This document shows, piece by piece, positions 26,658-29,469 of a DNA stretch of 29,469 bases. The stretch's first letter is position 1. Each line of letters begins with the position of its first letter. A program made the translations under genes and the position numbers. The notes beneath the pieces are model-generated. The model saw only the letters and a program-made list of their open reading frames with translations, was not told where the DNA came from and made no database searches. The stretch is from Candidatus Hadarchaeota archaeon (GTDB lineage Archaea; CAYQAE01; CAYVLA01). Location of the stretch: positions 1-29,469 of the forward strand of contig CAYVLA010000034.1 in assembly GCA_964452145.1 (NCBI GenBank), given 5' to 3'.

Positions 26658-26945
26658 ATGGCCGATCAAGCATTCACTTTCAGGGCGCGGAGCACGTACA
26701 TGCGGGACATTGTGAAGATGAATGTGGACGATATCAACAGAATAGGCCTTGAACCCGGGGATTGGATTCAGATCAACTTCGATATCGGCACACTCATCGG
26801 CAAGATAGTGGAGGACGAAGTCGAGTCCGGGACCATCGGGTTGTCACCCGAGATAGTCAGGGTGTTCAATCTCGGAAAGGATGAGAAGGTCTCGGTCACA
26901 CCCTACGTGGGTCCCCTCCCGGATAGAAGATTCCGGCAGGGCTAG
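26658..26945 (+). CDS. Stand-alone double-psi beta-barrel protein (CDC48/VAT N-domain-like)
   Basis: Two half-repeats, [22 protein letters not shown] and [22 protein letters not shown], with a GD box. GGTGA SD at 26647-26651. Confidence 0.7.
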   Translation: MADQAFTFRARSTYMRDIVKMNVDDINRIGLEPGDWIQINFDIGTLIGKIVEDEVESGTIGLSPEIVRVFNLGKDEKVSVTPYVGPLPDRRFRQG

Positions 26946-27145
26946 GCAGAGGGCTTCTTATACCGGATGACCTCGTCCATTAGGTCGACGTGGGAGACGA
27001 ACATCCTTCTGCAGCAATAGCGCCTCACGCCCAGCTCCCGGAGGATGTCCTCGGGCTTCTCGCCCAGGTCGAGCCTTTCCTTGTAGGCTTCGTACTTGTC
27101 CCCTATCAGCTTTCCGCAGGTGAAGCACCTGATGGGTATTATCAT
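26942..27145 (-). CDS. rpoN: DNA-directed RNA polymerase subunit Rpo10 (N)
   Basis: [12 protein letters not shown] ... RYCCRRM..HVD. Confidence 0.98.
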   Translation of the reverse strand: MIIPIRCFTCGKLIGDKYEAYKERLDLGEKPEDILRELGVRRYCCRRMFVSHVDLMDEVIRYKKPSA

Positions 27146-27154
27146 CTTTCACGC

Positions 27155-27559
27155 CTATCTGTAGCTCTTCTGCTTCTTGGCACGAGCCCTTCTCCGGCCC
27201 GCCTTCTTCGATTCCTTCACCCTGACGTCTCCCTTGACTATGGATCGATCGTACTCCATGAACTTCTGCCTAAGGCTGGGATCCTTGCTCCACCGGATGA
27301 GTCCTTGCGCGATGCTGGTCCTGATCGCGTTGGTCTGGCCCGAGACCCCACCGCCCTCGACGCGGATCTTGATGTTCACCGTCCGAATGATCTCCTCTGC
27401 CAGTCGCAGGACCTCGTTTATCCGCTGGCGGGAGAAGTCCGTTCCGTAGATCTCCATGGGCATACTGTTAATGGTCAGTTTGCCCTCCCCCTGCTCTAAG
27501 GTGGTCCTAGCACTCGCCCGTTTGAATCTCGCGGACACCGTGATGGGGACCTGATTCAC
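27155..27559 (-). CDS. rps9: 30S ribosomal protein S9 (uS9)
   Basis: VEGGGVSGQ..AIR..IAQGL, YDRS...D.R.KE.KK and terminal QKSYR; expected operon position. Confidence 0.96.
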   Translation of the reverse strand: MNQVPITVSARFKRASARTTLEQGEGKLTINSMPMEIYGTDFSRQRINEVLRLAEEIIRTVNIKIRVEGGGVSGQTNAIRTSIAQGLIRWSKDPSLRQKFMEYDRSIVKGDVRVKESKKAGRRRARAKKQKSYR

Positions 27560-27996
27560 ATGACCGCCTCCTTCTTGATGCCCAGAGCCATGGAGATCTC
27601 GCCCACCGTGGTGTACTTGCCCCTCCCAAGGCGGTGTATGCTGGCCTCTGGAAAGCTGCAGGGGGAGGTCTGGGCCAGGGACTCGGGGACGCCACGGTAG
27701 ACCCGGAGCCTTCTGAACGCCTCCTTGCCCTTGGGCCTCTTCCAGGGCACCATCCCCCTCACGGTGCGGCTCACTATGCGGTCCGGCGTTCTGGGGTAGA
27801 AGGGCCCCTTGGTCGGGTTGACGACCCGGGCAAGCTCATACCGTTCCTTGTACCGGGCGAAAACCTCTGTCGGAGTTCCCGAAACCACCGCCTTCTCGGC
27901 GTTGATGACCGACACGGACTCTCCTTCCAGCAACCGTTTGGCGATCAGGGACGCCATTCTTCCCAGGATCTGATCGGTCGCGTCGACAACAATCAT
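27556..27996 (-). CDS. rpl13: 50S ribosomal protein L13 (uL13), archaeal
   Basis: VVDATDQILGRMAS.IAK.LL.G, INAEKAVVSG, GPFYPRTPDRI..RTVRGM.P and RLRVY.GVP. Confidence 0.97.
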   Translation of the reverse strand: MIVVDATDQILGRMASLIAKRLLEGESVSVINAEKAVVSGTPTEVFARYKERYELARVVNPTKGPFYPRTPDRIVSRTVRGMVPWKRPKGKEAFRRLRVYRGVPESLAQTSPCSFPEASIHRLGRGKYTTVGEISMALGIKKEAVM

Positions 27997-28005
27997 GAGA
28001 CAACC

Positions 28006-28365
28006 TCAGACGATGATCTTCACGTTGGAGCCCGTTGGATTCCTTTTGGCGAGATCCAACAGGCCCATGCACTCCCCGCCCGCTTTGAGTATCTTCTCCC
28101 TCGCTGTCGAGCTGAAGCCGAGCCCCGCCACCGCGACCGGATGGTCGAGGCTCCCGAAGCCGAGAACCTTGCCGGGGACGGCCACCTGGTCCTTGGCCTT
28201 TGTGTTCTCCGATATCTTTCCAACGTTGGTCACGACCATCCGCCTGGAACTCTTCGCGAGCCGTTCCGAGAGCTCCTTCCATATCCTAGCCTCGTTCTCG
28301 TAGGACAAACGACCTAGCTCCTCGGTCAGGCCAATGATCAGTGGATTCGTCTTCCTGTTCTTCAA
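28006..28365 (-). CDS. rpl18e: 50S ribosomal protein L18e (eL18)
   Basis: KTNP, IWK...RL, NVGKI, VPGKVLG.G, FS..AREKI.KAGG and NPTGSNVKII. Confidence 0.96.
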   Translation of the reverse strand: MKNRKTNPLIIGLTEELGRLSYENEARIWKELSERLAKSSRRMVVTNVGKISENTKAKDQVAVPGKVLGFGSLDHPVAVAGLGFSSTAREKILKAGGECMGLLDLAKRNPTGSNVKIIV

Positions 28366-28442
28366 TCAAGTCCCCCGGTGCGGAGAGTTGAAAGGCGGAT
28401 CTCCACAAGGGAGTATCGCCAAGACGGACCGGATAGGTTTTT

Positions 28443-28454
28443 CTTAAATATTAT
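28443..28454 (-). promoter_or_regulatory. Probable TATA box of the rpl18e operon
   Basis: Minus-strand ATAATATTTAAG about 80 nt upstream of the TTG start; GGGGGA SD-like sequence near the start. Confidence 0.5.
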
Positions 28455-28601
28455 CTAGGTGCGCTCAGCCGAGCCCTGTTCCGGGCCGGGCCCGGCAAAA
28501 AGGGAGAAACCACATGAGCCTAGGTCACATGAAACGTTTCAGCATACATATATGAGTTGTTTCAGGCGCTTTGGTCATGATCCGAAAGGGAGGAGCATCG
28601 A

Positions 28602-29201
28602 TTGGACAGGATGGCGGTCGCGGTCATAGTCATCGGGATATTTGCTGGGTCGATCCAAGCTCTCCTACTGAATGCCCGGCCTCTGAGCGCGACCCTCCCG
28701 TTGGCGGAGTCGCCGGATGCACTCCTGCTGGACACAAAGGACCAAGGCCCAGAAGGTCTCGGCTACGAGATCGTAATCGCACCCGAGGAGCTGCACGCAC
28801 TGGATGAGCTAAGAACGTTGACGGCCGGGGATGCCAAGGGGTCTGTGCGCGGAGAGGGGGCATTCGACAATCAGGGCGAGCAGCCGGGCATCGGCTACCC
28901 GGCCGGGAATCCCATCTCCATATCCATGCGGGATGAAGGGATTGAGGCCTACTATCAGGACCCCCAAAGGCGCATCATCTATGTTGGCTATGGCCTTGCT
29001 CTGGTGACACTGAGGGGTGCGCAGGGTACGGAAAGCACCATAATGGAAACGCTCCGAGCTCTGCCTGTTGACGCGACGGAGGCCCGACTGTGTGTACTGC
29101 TTCCCAACGACATGGTCCAGTTACTGGACCAGCTCGTCAGGGACGGTGTCATCTCGTCCTATGAGCTCGGCGGATGGGGATCGGGTCTCGGCAAGGCCTA
29201 G
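28602..29201 (+). CDS. Hypothetical protein with N-terminal hydrophobic/signal segment
   Basis: 199-codon ORF with AVAVIVIGIFAGSIQALLL and a GGAGG SD at about 28589-28593. No family recognised. Confidence 0.6.
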   Translation: MDRMAVAVIVIGIFAGSIQALLLNARPLSATLPLAESPDALLLDTKDQGPEGLGYEIVIAPEELHALDELRTLTAGDAKGSVRGEGAFDNQGEQPGIGYPAGNPISISMRDEGIEAYYQDPQRRIIYVGYGLALVTLRGAQGTESTIMETLRALPVDATEARLCVLLPNDMVQLLDQLVRDGVISSYELGGWGSGLGKA

Positions 29202-29367
29202 GACCCAGTCGGACCCGGGGCCACGGTTCACCTCTCCTAGCACCTAGGGCAGCCAGTCACTCCTTGAGCTGCTCTTGCCCTAGGTTAATGCTCTCTACGG
29301 CCCGACACCCCAAACAAGAAAGCGCAGAAACATGGGCAGCGTAGCATATCGGGGTGGCACAGCCCGC

Positions 29368-29431
29368 GGTTGAGGTTCTGAAGTTGAGGTTCTGAGGTTG
29401 AGGTTGAGGTTGAGGTTGAGGTTGAGGTTGA
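29368..29431 (+). repeat. (TGAGGT)n hexamer microsatellite
   Basis: Six perfect TGAGGT copies at 29393-29428, preceded by three further units (TGAGGT-TC, TGAAGT, TGAGGT-TC) from 29371. Confidence 0.95.
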
Positions 29432-29448
29432 AAAGCTTTATATATAAC
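29430..29448 (+). promoter_or_regulatory. Strong consensus archaeal promoter (BRE + TATA) for a transcript starting at the right edge
   Basis: GAAAAGC-TTTATATATAA: a purine-rich BRE immediately followed by TTTATATA. Confidence 0.75.
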
Positions 29449-29469
29449 CGATAAAGCAGATAGGCAAAG

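Noticed and set aside
28366..28510. tRNA upstream of rpl18e, or after rpoN
   Set aside because: No cloverleaf or TTCRA T-loop was found; only a GC-rich palindrome (GCCGGGCCCGGC).
29368..29431. CRISPR array
   Set aside because: The units are 6 bp with no unique spacers, and there are no cas genes in the window. An array beyond the right edge cannot be excluded.

Overview
GC-rich archaeal DNA (about 60% by eye). The archaeal origin is shown by the rpl18e-rpl13-rps9-rpoN operon, an archaeal-type TyrRS, TATA/BRE promoters and apparently leaderless starts. From left to right the window holds: a UV-protection pair (DUF523-DUF1722 RudS-like protein and a class II photolyase); a fused GMP synthase with a duplicated C-terminal subdomain; a GH127; a membrane-anchored 7-repeat beta-propeller; and an RmlD-like SDR. 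Next is a six-gene, translationally coupled minus-strand operon (alpha/alpha-barrel surface protein, DUF4430, EcfT, EcfAA', CbrT-like S component, wHTH-DUF4443). It looks like a split transcobalamin-like corrinoid capture system, with a candidate palindromic operator and no room for a riboswitch. Three dispersed paralogs of an uncharacterised secreted GATase1-like (DUF1355-like) family share a strikingly conserved TM helix and LYREV tail. The rest comprises a SAM methyltransferase that seems to need a CTG start, tyrS with an altered HIGH motif, a GNAT, a GH38, PrsW, a stand-alone double-psi barrel, the ribosomal operon, and a (TGAGGT)n microsatellite abutting a strong promoter at the right edge. 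No rRNA, tRNA, CRISPR array or mobile element was recognised. All family calls come from motif recognition by eye; no searches were run.
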